Shown piece by piece: positions 51,767 through 64,000 of a stretch of DNA of 64,000 nucleotides. The notes under the pieces were generated by a model. The model saw nothing but the letters and a program-made list of their open reading frames with translations. It had not been told where the DNA came from and did no database searches. The position numbers were made by a program, and so were the translations under genes. The first letter of the stretch is position 1. Each line of letters opens with the position of its first letter. Source of the stretch: Chiloscyllium plagiosum (lineage: Eukaryota); NCBI RefSeq assembly GCF_004010195.1, contig NC_057719.1:64133962-64197961 (forward strand). Reading direction: 5' to 3'.

Positions 51767-53852
51767 ATTTTGTTTATGCAGCCATCTGTGGGTATTGCTG
51801 GCAAGGCCAACATTTGTTGCCCATATCCTAATTGCCCGTGAACTGAGTGGCTAACCAATCCATTTCAGAGGACGTCACTGTGAGTCTGGGGTTACATGTA
51901 GATCAGACTGAGTAAAGGTGGCAGATTTCCTTCTTTAAACAGGTTTGAGTGAACCAGATTTTTTTATGCTCACAATTACTGACACTAGCTTCATATCCCA
52001 GATTTATGAATTAAATTTAAATTCCAACAGCTATGATAGGATTTGAACCCAGTCCAGAAAATTACCAGGACATCACTGTCTACACTACGCACAAAATTGT
52101 TTCATATGTGCTGGATGATTAATGCTCCGTCAATGTGGTACCCCTGACAGGAGCTGATTTTGGTACAATTTACGGTCACATTGCAGTACAACTGTGGTGC
52201 AGTGCAAAGCCACTTTTTAAAAATACTTAGGTTACCCATTGTACCACCTTGGATCCTTTAAAATCATAATCAGTAACTAAGGAAACAGAACTCTGCTCTT
52301 GTTGAACTACACAGACTTCTTCATGAAACATGGCCCTGATTTTGTAGGCATCAGCAAAGTTTTCTGCCTCAGTGAAAGCTCCCCACACAAACTGAATAAT
52401 CTCGAGCCTGTATTTCATCGTTCATGATGTTAATCTAGCATGAGGTCCAGATTTCCCTGAGTTCAATCACAGTAATCCAGCAGGGTGAAGCAATTCCACA
52501 GACAACAAAACCAGCAAATAAAATGCATTTATTATTCTTAGATATTCATAGATTTTACAGAATGCAGATGGGGACATACACATTCAAGGTTGAAATATCA
52601 CAATATAACAAAGTATTTTTTTTAATTTAAGAAACCATGGATTTTTTTCTATATCACAAAGGAATTCATTCCAAGGACTGACAGGATGTTTGGCAAGTGC
52701 TATCAAAAATCCAGGTACACGTCATGAACAAGGGGTAACATTTTCAGGTGATTTCAGCCGTGATGTGCAGGTTAATTTAGTTTCCTAAATAGTGAACATG
52801 TAGTTCATAATGATGACAACAGCATGTAGTTCAATCCCTGTTTTATCTGAGATAGACTTGGGGCGTGCATACACACTTTGCCCTGCTCATAATAAAATTG
52901 AAACATCAGTTGTGGTTCCACTATTCTTGTATAATTGAAGACAGAACCTGGAAAATAAAATTATAGCATAAAATGTGAAAATCTCATGCGTTCTGTTTGC
53001 TGAATGATTTTCAACTTAGGAAATTTCAAACACAGGTGCTATGGACAAGCATAGAATCATTGTTTAGTTTCTTTGTTTGGCAGAATCAATATTTAATTAC
53101 ATATGTGTAAGCTCCAAAAATGTTGTAATTCTCAAAGGAGTACTGACGGCAAAAGCTTCCAGTTTTGTTATTATTATTAGAATATCTGGCCAGAATGATC
53201 TAGGTGGATGCATGTGAACAGTATTACAGCATTAACTGTCTTAAATTGGCAACTATATTATAACTTCAGCATTAAAGACCTGTGTATTTGACAGTCCACT
53301 GAAAATTGATTAACTACATGTCTGAGTGTACATTACCTACAACATGCATTGGTGATTGCATTTAATAGTAGACATGTACAACAGATTGCATTGCATTTGC
53401 AAATACATCTTGTGTCATTATTGTACTTAATAATTTGTACTGTAACATTTAAGTTACTGAACATTTTTAAAGTCAAAGCAATGCTGTTCCACTCATTTCC
53501 CCAAATAAATTATCTCTTCATTATTTTATAATTCCCTGTTTTATTCCTATACTCCAACATAAGCAATGATGTAATTAGAATAGGTCTCACTATGAAATTT
53601 GTCTTGGGCATACTGCCACACAGCATTCTTAGAATGGAATAGTGCAGTGTTTGAACATAAATAATGTTGTAAAAACCTCATTGTGGATTTGTTTGTTGGT
53701 TTCAGCCTATTGTTTTGAAAGAAAGCACAAAATCTATATTGGTCACAGAGATCGGGACCACAAAGATGGAATAATCATGAGCTGAGACCAGTTGTGAACC
53801 ATCAATCCCTTGGTCTCTATACCACATTAGTTGTGGACATTGGATCTTAACT

Positions 53853-53922
53853 TCAGCTGATGCACATTTCTTCAAAATCCTGTGTAGCAAAGCTGGTTGT
53901 AAAAAAAATTCTGGCTGGAACA
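53853..53922 (-). CDS. Candidate terminal coding exon of an unidentified gene
   Basis: Acceptor tacttggtttcccag, then VPARIFFTTSFATQDFEEMCIS-TGA (another frame is also open). It is followed by about 1.3 kb of AT-rich DNA with no recognisable repeats and a - strand AATAAA at about 52530. Confidence 0.3.
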
Positions 53923-54452
53923 CTGGGAAACCAAGTACAAGCCAACAAAGTATTAAAAGATTAAATAAAGTATTAAAAGATTAATTGCATCTATGAATTA
54001 GCTAATGTATGAATCAATAAAGGTCTTTAATAATAATTTGGAGAGAAGGGTCTGTTTCCGTGCTGTACTTCTCTATGGCTCTATGACTCTAAATGTGTGG
54101 GTCAGGGCATGTGGAGGCAATTAATTACACACACAACACTATAGGTCCAGTCAATCTGTCTTGGGGAATGTTACAAATGCAGAGGTCAATGAAGCATGTG
54201 CAAGAAGAAACTTGAAAGTATTAAATATTTATAGGTCACCAGAAGCAGATGGGATACACATGAGATTCCTGAAGGAAACAAGTGAAAAAATAGGAGGCTC
54301 TTGTTAATATTTTTAGGATGTTCGTAAATGCCTAGGTTTGTTGCATGACAGCTTGTGTAATCCCTACATTCCAAAGGAAAATCATAAATTAGGGAATTCT
54401 GAATCTGTTAAACGATTACTCAGAGGTATGTATCTTGGTCAGTAGTCCTAAC

Positions 54453-55270
54453 AGAGTCATAGAGATGTACAGCATGGAATAAGACCCTTCAGTCCAACCT
54501 GTCCACCGCCGACCAGATATCCCAACCCAATCTAGTCCCACCTGCCAGCACCCGGCCCATATCCCTCCAAACCCTTCCTATTCATATACCCATCCAAATG
54601 CCTCTTAAATGTTGCAATTGTACCAGCCTCCACCACATCCTCTGGCAGCTCATTCCATACATGTACCACCCTCTGCGTGAAAAGGTTGCACTGTAGGTCT
54701 CTTTTATATCTTTCCCCTCTCACCCTAAACCTATGCCCTCTAGTTCTGGACTTCCTGATCCCAGGGAAAAGACCTTGTCTATTTATCCTATCCATGCCCC
54801 TCATAATTTTGTAAACCTCTATAAGGTCACCCCTCAGCCTCCAACGCTCCAGGGAAAACAGCGCCAGCCTGTTCAGCCTCTCTCTATAGCTCAAATCCTC
54901 CAACCGTGGCAAGATCCTTGTAAATCTTTTCTGAACCCTTTCAACTTTCACAACATCTTTCCGATAGAAAGGAGACCAGAATTGCACGCAATATTCCAAC
55001 AGTGGCCTAACCAATGTCCTGTACAGCCGCAACATGACCTCCCAACTCCTGGACTCAATACTCTGACCAAGAAAGGAAAACATACCAAACGTCTTCTTCA
55101 CTATCCTATCTACCTGCGACTCCACTTTCAGGGAGCTATGAACCTGCACTCCAAGGTCTCTTTGTTCAGCAACACTCCCTAGGACCTTACCATTAAGTGT
55201 ATAAATCCTGTTAAAATTTGCTTTCCCAAAATGCAGCACCTCTCATTTATCTGAATTAAACTCCATCTGC
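54453..55270 (-). mobile_element. CR1 3' region (young), running into the gap
   Basis: 235-aa ORF ending GAGRWD*, same subfamily as 4116-5554. Confidence 0.95.
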
Positions 55271-55603
55271 NNNNNNNNNNNNNNNNNNNNNNNNNNNNNN
55301 NNNNNNNNNNNNNNNNNNNNNNNNNNNNNNNNNNNNNNNNNNNNNNNNNNNNNNNNNNNNNNNNNNNNNNNNNNNNNNNNNNNNNNNNNNNNNNNNNNNN
55401 NNNNNNNNNNNNNNNNNNNNNNNNNNNNNNNNNNNNNNNNNNNNNNNNNNNNNNNNNNNNNNNNNNNNNNNNNNNNNNNNNNNNNNNNNNNNNNNNNNNN
55501 NNNNNNNNNNNNNNNNNNNNNNNNNNNNNNNNNNNNNNNNNNNNNNNNNNNNNNNNNNNNNNNNNNNNNNNNNNNNNNNNNNNNNNNNNNNNNNNNNNNN
55601 NNN
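55271..55603. other. Assembly gap (333 N)
   Basis: Run of N. Confidence 1.
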
Positions 55604-56881
55604 TTCTCTGTTTGGCTTGTCCTATAATAGTAGTGTTGTCCTAGTCGAATTCATGTTGCTTGTCATCTGCGTGTGTGGCTACTAAGGATAGCTGGTCGTG
55701 TTGTTTCGTGGCTAGTTGGTGTTCATGGATGTGGATCGTTAGCTGTCTTCCTGTTTGTCCTATGTCGTGTTTTGTGCAGTCCTTGCATGGGATTTTGTAC
55801 ACTACATTGGTTTTGCTCATGCTGGGTATTGGGCCCTCTGTCCTGGTGAGTTGTTGTCTGAGTGTGGCTGTTGGTTTGTGTGCTGTTACGAGTCCTAGTG
55901 GTCGCAGTAGTCTGGCTGTCAGTTCGGAAATGCTCTTGATGTATGGTAGTGTGGCTAGTCATTTGGGTTGTGGACTAGCCACACTACCATACATCAAGAG
56001 CACTTCCGAACTGACAACCAGACTACTGCGACCACTAGGACTCATAACAGCACACAAACCAACAGCCACACTCAGACAACAACTCACCAGGACAAAGGAC
56101 CCGATACCCAGCATGAGCAAAACCAATGTAGTGTACAAAATCCCATGCAAGGACTGCACAAAATACTATATAGGACAAACAGGAAGACAGCTAATGATCC
56201 GCATCCATGAACACCAACTAGCCACGAAACGACATGACCAGCTATCTTTAGTATCCACACACGCAGAGGACAAGCAACATGAGTTCGACTGGGACAACAC
56301 CACTATTATAGGCCAAGCCAAACAGAGAACCATAAGACCATAAGACATAGGAGTGGAAGTAAGGCCATTCGGCCCATCGAGTCCACTCTGCCATTCAATC
56401 ATGGCTGATGGGCATTTCAACTCCACTTACTGCATTCTCCCCATAGCCCTTAATTTCTTGTGACATCAAGAATTTATCAATTTCTGCCTTGAAGACATTT
56501 AGCGTCCCAGCCTGCACTGCACTCTGCGGCAATGAATTCCACAGGCCCACCACTCTCTGGCTGAAGAAATGTCTCTCTGGCTGAAGAACAGCCAGGGAAT
56601 TCCTAGAGGCTTGGCACTCATCCACAGATTCAATCAATAAGCACATTGACCTGGACCCTATATACCGACTTCTGCAGCGGACAGCTGGAACTGACAACCG
56701 GAAGTGGCAGATTCAAATCACTACAAATGCAGGAGGAAAGATCACAAAAGCGCTTCACAGGAGGCTCCCAAGCACTGAGGATGTCACCTAGACAGGGGAC
56801 GAAACGTCTGCACCAGAAATTCCCAGCTCGGCGAACAGAACCACAACAATGAGCACCCGAGCTACAAATCTTCGCACAAAC
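55604..56881. mobile_element. Inverted Penelope-like element (GIY-YIG on both arms), interrupted by a CR1 3' end (about 56329-56585, -)
   Basis: Fold-back centre at about 55960-55975; NVVYKIPCKDC..YIGQTGR; hammerhead at 56775-56808; tail ending GCTACAAATCTTCGCACAAAC. Confidence 0.9.
56775..56808 (+). ncRNA. Putative minimal hammerhead ribozyme in pLTR
   Basis: GCA-CTGAGGA-T-GTCACC-TAGACA-GGGGAC-GAAAC-GTC-TGC; GCA/TGC can close stem I. Confidence 0.7.
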
Positions 56882-57137
56882 TTTATCTCCATAACCCTTG
56901 ATTCCACTATCCTTGAGAGATCTATCCAACTCTTTCTTAAATGAATCCAGAGACTGGGCCTCCACTGCCCTCTGGGGCAGAGCATTCCACACAGCCACCA
57001 CTCTCTGGGTGAAGAAGTTTCTCCTCATCTCTATCCTAAATGGTCTACCCCGTGTTTTTAAGCTGTGTCCTCTGGTTCGGCACTCACCCATCAGCGGAAA
57101 CATGTTTCCTGCCTCCAGAGTGTCCAATCCTTTAATA
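56882..57137 (-). mobile_element. CR1 3' fragment
   Basis: RTRGHSLK...FFTQRVVAVWNALPQ. Confidence 0.85.
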
Positions 57138-58933
57138 AGGATTTAATAATCAAACCCAATGAAGCAAAGGGAGGGAGAGATGCTGAAGAAGCTGGAGGAA
57201 AAGGAATAGCAAGCTTGGGGGAAGGAGTCATAGGGTTGAGAATGTTCAAGAGATAGGGAATAGCAAAAGAAGATTTAACCTGAATAAGAATTTTCTGTTT
57301 AAGTGTTAGGTTTGCTGATTAATGCAATTCAGCAACAATTGAAGTGATCTGCAAGACGGATTTTGTTTGAGATAGGATTTAGACAACAGAGGTTTGAAAA
57401 CAAATGGCAAATTGCAGACAGCTTTCAGGGTGGATGGGATGGCCAGAACAATCATTGGATGAGTTGATTCTCCAGGGGACAAAGGCATGGATGAGGTTGC
57501 TGTAGAGATGAACAATGTTAAGAGGCAGTCTTCTTGAGAAAGCAAGAGATATGAGATCATAAGTGCAGCCCCTGGTCAAACACAGCACCAGATTCAGTCT
57601 GACAGTTGTGAGGGGAACATGAAATCAATGATGAAAGCTTGTGGTTTTGACTACAGTCCTTTTGGCCTCAGAGATAGCTGAATGGAACCGTGTCACATAT
57701 GACGGTAGGTAACAGACCAGGAGTCTGAGTGTACAGAGGTAGCATAGGGGAGACATGCAAGAGATCAATCTCAATGTTTTCATCACAGATGTGGAAGCAT
57801 CTGCTGTAGACCCTGTTGAGCTGACATGTTCTTAGGATTTGTCCAGCTTGCTTAATAATAATGCTGTCACTTGATGATGGACACCCAAGCCCCCACCCTG
57901 AGGGTATTCTATGCCCTTGCCACCCTCTCCAAGTAGTGTTCAACATGAAGGAGTACTTATTCATCCACTGAGGTGGGTATGGTAAGTATTAATCAGCAGG
58001 ATGTTTCCTTGCCTGTGTTGATTTGACATGATATCTTAAGACGTCATGGATTTTGAAGTCAATGTTGACGATGTCAAGGAAAATTCCTGTTGACCATATG
58101 CCACTGTACCACCACCTCTGGTGGGTCTGCCTGCTGCCAGGACAGGCCATAACCAGGGATGATGATTGCGGAGTCTGGGATATTGACAAGGAGTTTTTCA
58201 GGACTGAGACTACGTCAGGTGGGGCTTTGAGATAGCTCTCCCAATTTTGTCATAAGTAGGCAGATATTGAGAAGAAGGATTTTATAGGGTGTACAGGGCT
58301 TTGTTTCCAGTGTCCAAGCCAAAGCCCAATGGCCTATCCATTTTCATTACTTTGTTTCAGCTTTGTACTATTTGATCCAACTCGATGACTTGCTTGGCAT
58401 TTCAAACAGCATATCAGAGTCAACCACATTATTATGGCTCTGATATCGCATGTAGGCTAGACAGGGATGGCAGGTTTCCTTCCCTAAAAAACATTCATGA
58501 ATCACAAGGGTTTTTACAACAATTGATAGTGGTTACATGTCATCATTCAATAGCTTTTAATTATAGATTTTGTTGTATTCAAATTTCACCATCTACCATG
58601 GTGGGATTCAATCCCATGTCCCCAGAAATTTAGACTGGAGTTTGAGATTACTTATTCAATGACATTACCACGACACCACAGACTCCATTTCCCTGTCCTC
58701 ACACTTACATTTGTGAAATGGGTGATGAACATGCTTGAATTGTGTGAGATCCAGAATCCTGATTGGGAAGCTTCCAACAGGGGATTGAGTGGTGAAAAAT
58801 ATAGGTCTAGAATCATACTTGAGAACTTTAGAAATGAAAGGGTGGCTGAAGATGGAACCGCAGCTTACATAAACAGGGGGTTGAGGATTGGATGATATGG
58901 TATCCTAAAAGGGAGGAGGCTAATGCCTGAGAT

Positions 58934-61540
58934 AACATAATATAAGAACAAGGAGCAAGAGTTGGCCTGACAGTTCCATTCTCCTCCGTTTTCCCACATA
59001 TCTTTGCTAAGTTATACTTTTTCTCTTTTAACTTTATATTTTTCTTAACTTCCCTCGTCAGCCACGGCCACCCATGCCTCCTCCTAGGATCTTTCTTCCT
59101 TTTTGGAATGAACAGATCCTGCATCTTCTGCATCATACACAAAAATATCTGCCATTGTACCTCCACTGTCTTCCCTGCTAAGGTATTGCACCATTGTACT
59201 TTGGCCAGCTCCTCCCTCATAGCTCCATAGTTCCCTTTATTCAACAGAAATATTGTCACTTCCGATTGTACCCTCTCCATCTCAAATTGCAGATTGAAGC
59301 TTATTGTATTATGGTCAGTACTTCCCAATGGCTTCTTCACTTCGAGGTCCCTGATCAATTCTGGGTCATTGCACAATACCAGATCCAGAATTGCCTTCTC
59401 CCTGGTAGGCTCCAACACCAGCTGTTCTAAGAATCCATCTCGGAGGCACTCCACAAAGTCTCTTTCTTGAGGTCCAATACCATCCTGATTCTCCCTGTCT
59501 ACCTGCATGTTGAAATCCCCCATAACAACTGTAGTAACATCTTTGCGACAGGCCAATTTCAGCTCCTGATTCAACTTACATCCGACATCCAGACTACTGT
59601 TTGGGGGCCTGTAGACAACTCCCAAGAGAGTCTTTTTACCCTTAGAATTTCTCAGTTCTATCCATACTGACTCTACATCCCCTGATTCTAGGTCCCCCCG
59701 CGCAAGGGACTGAATATCATCCCTTACCAACATGGCCACCCCACCCCCTCTGCCCGTCAGTCTGTCCTTAGGATAGCATGTGTAGCCTTGAATATTCATT
59801 TCCCAGGCCCTGTCCACTTGAAGCCACTTCTCATTTATCCCCACAATATTGTATCTGCCAATTTCCAAAAGAGGAGCCTCAAGCTCATCCATCTTATTTC
59901 TAATGCTTCGTGCATTCATATATAGTATTTTTAATTTGTTACTGCCCTCACCCTTCCCATCAACTCCTATTTCACTCAACCTTACAGCATGATCCCTTTT
60001 TGAGTTTTCTGCTTCATTGATACTGTTGTCTTTCTTGACTTCCCGTGTTATAACTTACCCTTCAATTTCCTTCTTAAACATCCAGTTTGTCCCCTCCCCC
60101 CCGCTACTTAGTTTGAACATAGCTGTGTTGCAGTAGCAAACCTGCCTGCCAGAATGCTGGTCCCTAACCTATTAAGGTGCAAACCGTCTTTCTTGTATAA
60201 TTTATGCTTACCACAAAACATACCCCAGTGATCCAAGAATTTAAATCCTTGCTTCCTGCACCAGTTCCCCAGCCACACGTTCAAGTCCATTATCTCCCTG
60301 TTTCTGGCCTCACCAGCCCGAGGAACTGGAAGCAAACCGGAGATAACCACCCTGGACGTCCTGCTTTTCAGCCTTCTTCCTAGTTCTCCGAAGTCCCGCT
60401 GTAGTATGTTCCTCCACTTCTTCCCGCCATCATTTGTGCTGACACATACTACCACCTCTGGCACTTCACCTTCGTCCTTGAGGACTTCCTGCACTGTCTG
60501 TGATGTCTTTAACCCTGGTACCAGGAAGGCAACACACCATCCTTAAGTCCCGCCTGCTGCCACAAAAACCCCGGTCAGTTCCTCTCACTATGGAGTCCCC
60601 TATTACCACGGCTCTGTGCGATGTCTGACTCTTCCGCTCTGCCTCCACGCCAACTTTTGATTGACAGACCTGGCCGCCTCGCGGATTGGCAGTATCATCT
60701 GTCTCTACTGTTTCCAAAAGATTCAACTTGTTCCTGACAGGTACTTCTCCTGGGGTCTCTTGCACCTGTCTCCTCTCTGCCTTCCTCATCGTCTGCTCTC
60801 TTCTGCTCTCTTCTGGTATGGTCGGTGTAATAACCTCGCTGAAGATCTTGTCCAGAAAGATCTCGTTCTCTCAGATGAGCCTAAGGTCCTCGAGTTCTTT
60901 CATCAGTGCTGCAATATGCTCTGTCAGTAGCTGAACATGCACAGACTTTCCACACTTATACGAGCCAGATACACCAGAGTCGTTAACCTCCCACATCAAG
61001 CACGTAGCATACTGAACCAGCTTGGCAGTCATGTCTTCACCCTCTTCAATTGTGGCGTAATCACTTCACTCAACCTCCTTGTCAAAGACTCCTGAACTAA
61101 ACCCTCACTCTTCAATCCACAGGAACTTCCTTGGACCCTCTTTTTGGGGCAAGTCTGTGGACTTTTAATTTAGGTTAGATGTGGAGGGTGGGAGGGAGGC
61201 CCTACCTTGTAGGACCTGGGGTCTAGAACACACCCAGCCAAATAACAATCATTTACCTTCCCAACCCTCTTTGCACTCTGACTTCACTTCCGCCCAGCTC
61301 CCGCCACTCTCTGCTGCAAAAAGACCGTTGACGTTGAGGTAAGTTCTTAAATAACAATCACTTACCTTCCCGACCGGCTTTGCGCTCCGACTTCACTTCC
61401 GCCCAGTTCTCACGCTCTCTGCTGCAAAAAGACCGTTGGCATCGAGGTAAGTTCTTAAATAACAATCACTTACCTTCTCAACCGGCTTTGCGCTCCGACT
61501 TCACTTCCGCCCAGCTCCCACTGCTCTCTGCTGCAAAAAG
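58934..61540 (-). mobile_element. CR1 LINE with 5'UTR repeats, ORF1 (Zn-finger plus SGNH esterase, disrupted) and ORF2 APE endonuclease; RT missing
   Basis: ORF1 starts at 61032 (MTAKLVQ) and includes VIGDSIVR and DGLHLN. ORF2 includes YMNARSIRNK, YRPP, MGDFN, LDLVL and TDHN. Confidence 0.92.
61241..61540. repeat. Tandem repeat, about 108-109 bp x about 2.8, in the CR1 5'UTR
   Basis: AATAACAATCA(C/T)TTACCTTC starts at 61241, 61350 and 61458. Confidence 0.9.
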
Positions 61541-62996
61541 CCAGTTCTCTCTCCAAATGGCTAGTTCTCTTTTATTCCATGAGATCTAACCTTGCTAATC
61601 AGTCTCCCATGGGGAACCTTGTCGAACGCTTTACTGAAGTCCATATAGATCACATCTACTGCTCTGCCCTCATCAATGTTCTTTGTTACTTCTTCAAAAA
61701 ACTCAATCAAGTTTGTGAGACATGATTTTCCACGCACAAAGCCATGTTGACTATCCCTAATCAGTCCTTGCCTTTCCAAATACATGTACATCCTGTCCCT
61801 CAGGATTCTGTCCAACAACTTGCCCACCACTGAGGTCAGACTCACCGGTCTGTAGTTCCCTGGCTTGTCTTTACTGCCCTTCTTAAACTGTGGCACCATG
61901 TTTGCCAACCTCCAGTCTTCCGGCACCTCACCTGTGACTATCGATGATACAAATATCTCAGCAAGAGGCCCAGCAATCACTTCGCTAGCTTCCCACAGAG
62001 TTCTCGGGTACACCTGATCAGGTCCTGTGAAACAAACTTGTAAGGAGATCTCAGCTATCTGTAAGAATAATAGGGTAGTTATGGTCAGGGATTTTAACTT
62101 TCCAAACATCGACTGGGACTGCCATAGTGTTAAAGGTTTAGATGGAGAGGAATTTCTTAAGTGTGCACAAGACAATTTTCTGATTTAGTATGTGGATGTA
62201 CCTACTAAAGAAGGTGCAAAACGTGACCTACTCTTGGGAAATAAGGCAGGGCAGGTGACAGAGGTGTCAGTGGGGGGGCACTTTGGGGCCAGTGACCATA
62301 ATTCTATTCGTTTTAAAATCGTGATGGAAAAGGATAGACCAGATCTAAAAGTTGAAGTTCTAAATTGGAGAAAGGCCAATTTTGACGGTATTAGACAAGA
62401 AATTTCGAATGCTGCTTGGAGGCAGATGTTCGCAGGTAAAGGGACGGCTGGAAAATGGGAAGCCTTCAGAAATGAGATAACAAGAATCCAGAGAAAGTAT
62501 ATTCCTGTCAGGGTGAAAGGGAAGGCTGGTAGGTATAGGGAATGCTGGATGACTAAAGAAACTGAGGGTTTGGTTAAGAAAAAGAAGGAAGCATATGTCA
62601 GGTACAGACAGGATAGATTGAGTGAATCCTGAGAAGAGTATAAAGGAAGTAGGAGTATACTTAAAAGGGAAATCAGGAGGGCAAAACGGGGATATGAGAT
62701 CGGGTTGGCAAATAGAATTAAGGAGAATTCAAAGGGTTTTTACAAATATATTAAGGACAACAGGGTAACGAGGGAGAGATTAGGGCCCCTCAAAAATCAG
62801 CAAGGCGGTCTTTGTGTGGAGCCACAGAAAATGGGGGAGATACTAAATGAATATTTTGCATCAGTATTTACTGTGGAAAAGGATATGAAAGATATAGACT
62901 GTAGGGAAATAGATGGTGACATCTTGCAAAATGTCCAGATTACAGAGGAGGAAGTGCTGGATGTCTTGAAACGGTTAAAGGTGGATAAATCCCCAG
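61541..62996. mobile_element. CR1 ORF2 fragment with internal inversion (- 61541-62027, + 62028-62996)
   Basis: The + part ends KVDKSP and the - part begins GPDQVYPRTL. Confidence 0.9.
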
Positions 62997-63335
62997 AATG
63001 TCTCCTTATGTGACTCAAAAATCAAATATTCTTTGATAACTGTCTTGTGAAGCACTCTGGATACTTTCTCCAGTAAATCTGCTCTATAAATTAAAGTTTA
63101 TTTTGCAGTTGGAGTCAAAATACCAGTATGTTTTAACTTCTGGCTAACTCATTGCGAGGGTTTTTGAATATAAAAGTAGGGACTTCCTTATTGCAGCTGT
63201 ACAAGGCCTTGGTAAGATCACATATGGAGCACTTTGCACACTTTGGGGTTCTGCAGGGTTCTCTGCTGGTTCCCTCACTATAGTGGTGCACATTAATGAT
63301 GTGAAGTTAAATGTAGGGATATGTTCAAGAAGTTC

Positions 63336-63764
63336 ATTAGATTAGATTACTTACAGTGTGGAAACAGGCCCTTCGGTCCAACAAGTCCACACCGACCCAC
63401 CCAGATCCATTCCCCTACATTTACCCCTACCCCTAACACTACGGGCAATTTAGCATGGCCAATTCACCTAACCTGCACATTTTTGTACTGTGGGAGGAAA
63501 CCGGAGCACCCGGAGGAAACCCACGCAGACACGAGGAAAATGTGAAAAGTCCACATCGTCAGTCACCTGAGTCACGAGTTGAACTCGGGTCGCTGGCGCT
63601 GTGAGGCAGCAGTGCTAACCACTTTGCCACTGTGCTGCCCACATGGATTTTTTTTAAAGATTAGATTCCCTATAGTGTGGAAACAGGCCCTTCGGCCCAA
63701 TCAGTCCATATCGACCCTCCAAAGAGTAACCCACCCAGACCTCATCTCCCTCTGACTAATGCAC
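63336..63764 (-). mobile_element. HE1-type SINE (63336-63640) plus a second SINE tail (63658-63764)
   Basis: tRNA head and (AATCT)n tails. Confidence 0.9.
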
Positions 63765-64000
63765 CATAAAATCATTTGGATGATAAATAGTGAGGAAGAT
63801 AGCTGTAAACTGCAGAAGGATAAAAATGGGCTGGGCAGAGCACTGGCAAATGGACTTCAAATGGAAAAATGTGAGATATAACTTGTGGAGGATGAACAAG
63901 GAAAGGGATTGCACTATATAAATGGTTAGATGCTGGAAAGTACTCAAGGTCAGGGATGTCTTGGTGTGCATATCCACAGATCCATAAAAGGAGCAGAACA

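Noticed and set aside
53948..53985. 20-bp tandem duplication AAAGTATTAAAAGATTAAAT
   Set aside because: An ordinary slippage duplication.
55660..56343. 227-aa ORF as a novel protein
   Set aside because: It reads through the palindrome centre, joining antisense and sense GIY-YIG sequence.
61241..61540. Tandem array as a CRISPR-like locus
   Set aside because: The units are contiguous with no unique spacers and sit in a eukaryotic LINE 5'UTR.
61561..62175. 204-aa ORF as a novel protein
   Set aside because: It is a chimera across the CR1 inversion junction.

Overview
This is eukaryotic vertebrate DNA, very likely from a cartilaginous fish (inferred from HE1-type SINEs and shark-type CR1 LINEs). 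Two multi-exon genes lie tail-to-tail. On the + strand is a complete pleckstrin-2 gene (PLEK2; 9 coding exons, 1464-21206, 356 aa, PH-DEP-PH). On the - strand is a galectin-related protein gene (LGALSL-like; coding exons 50358-36776), driven from a CpG island with four RFX X-box palindromes interleaved with GC boxes. A possible terminal exon and 3'UTR of a third, unidentified - strand gene lies at about 52530-53920. Most of the rest is retroelement-derived: CR1 LINEs, HE1 SINEs, Tx1/L1 remnants and Penelope-like elements (PLEs). One CR1 keeps ORF1 and the endonuclease but has lost its RT. The most notable non-genic signal is a family of short hairpin-shaped inserts with 11-15 bp target-site duplications. 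They carry minimal hammerhead-ribozyme cores and share architecture with the larger inverted PLEs. There is one 333-nt N gap. All calls come from reading the sequence by eye; no searches were run.
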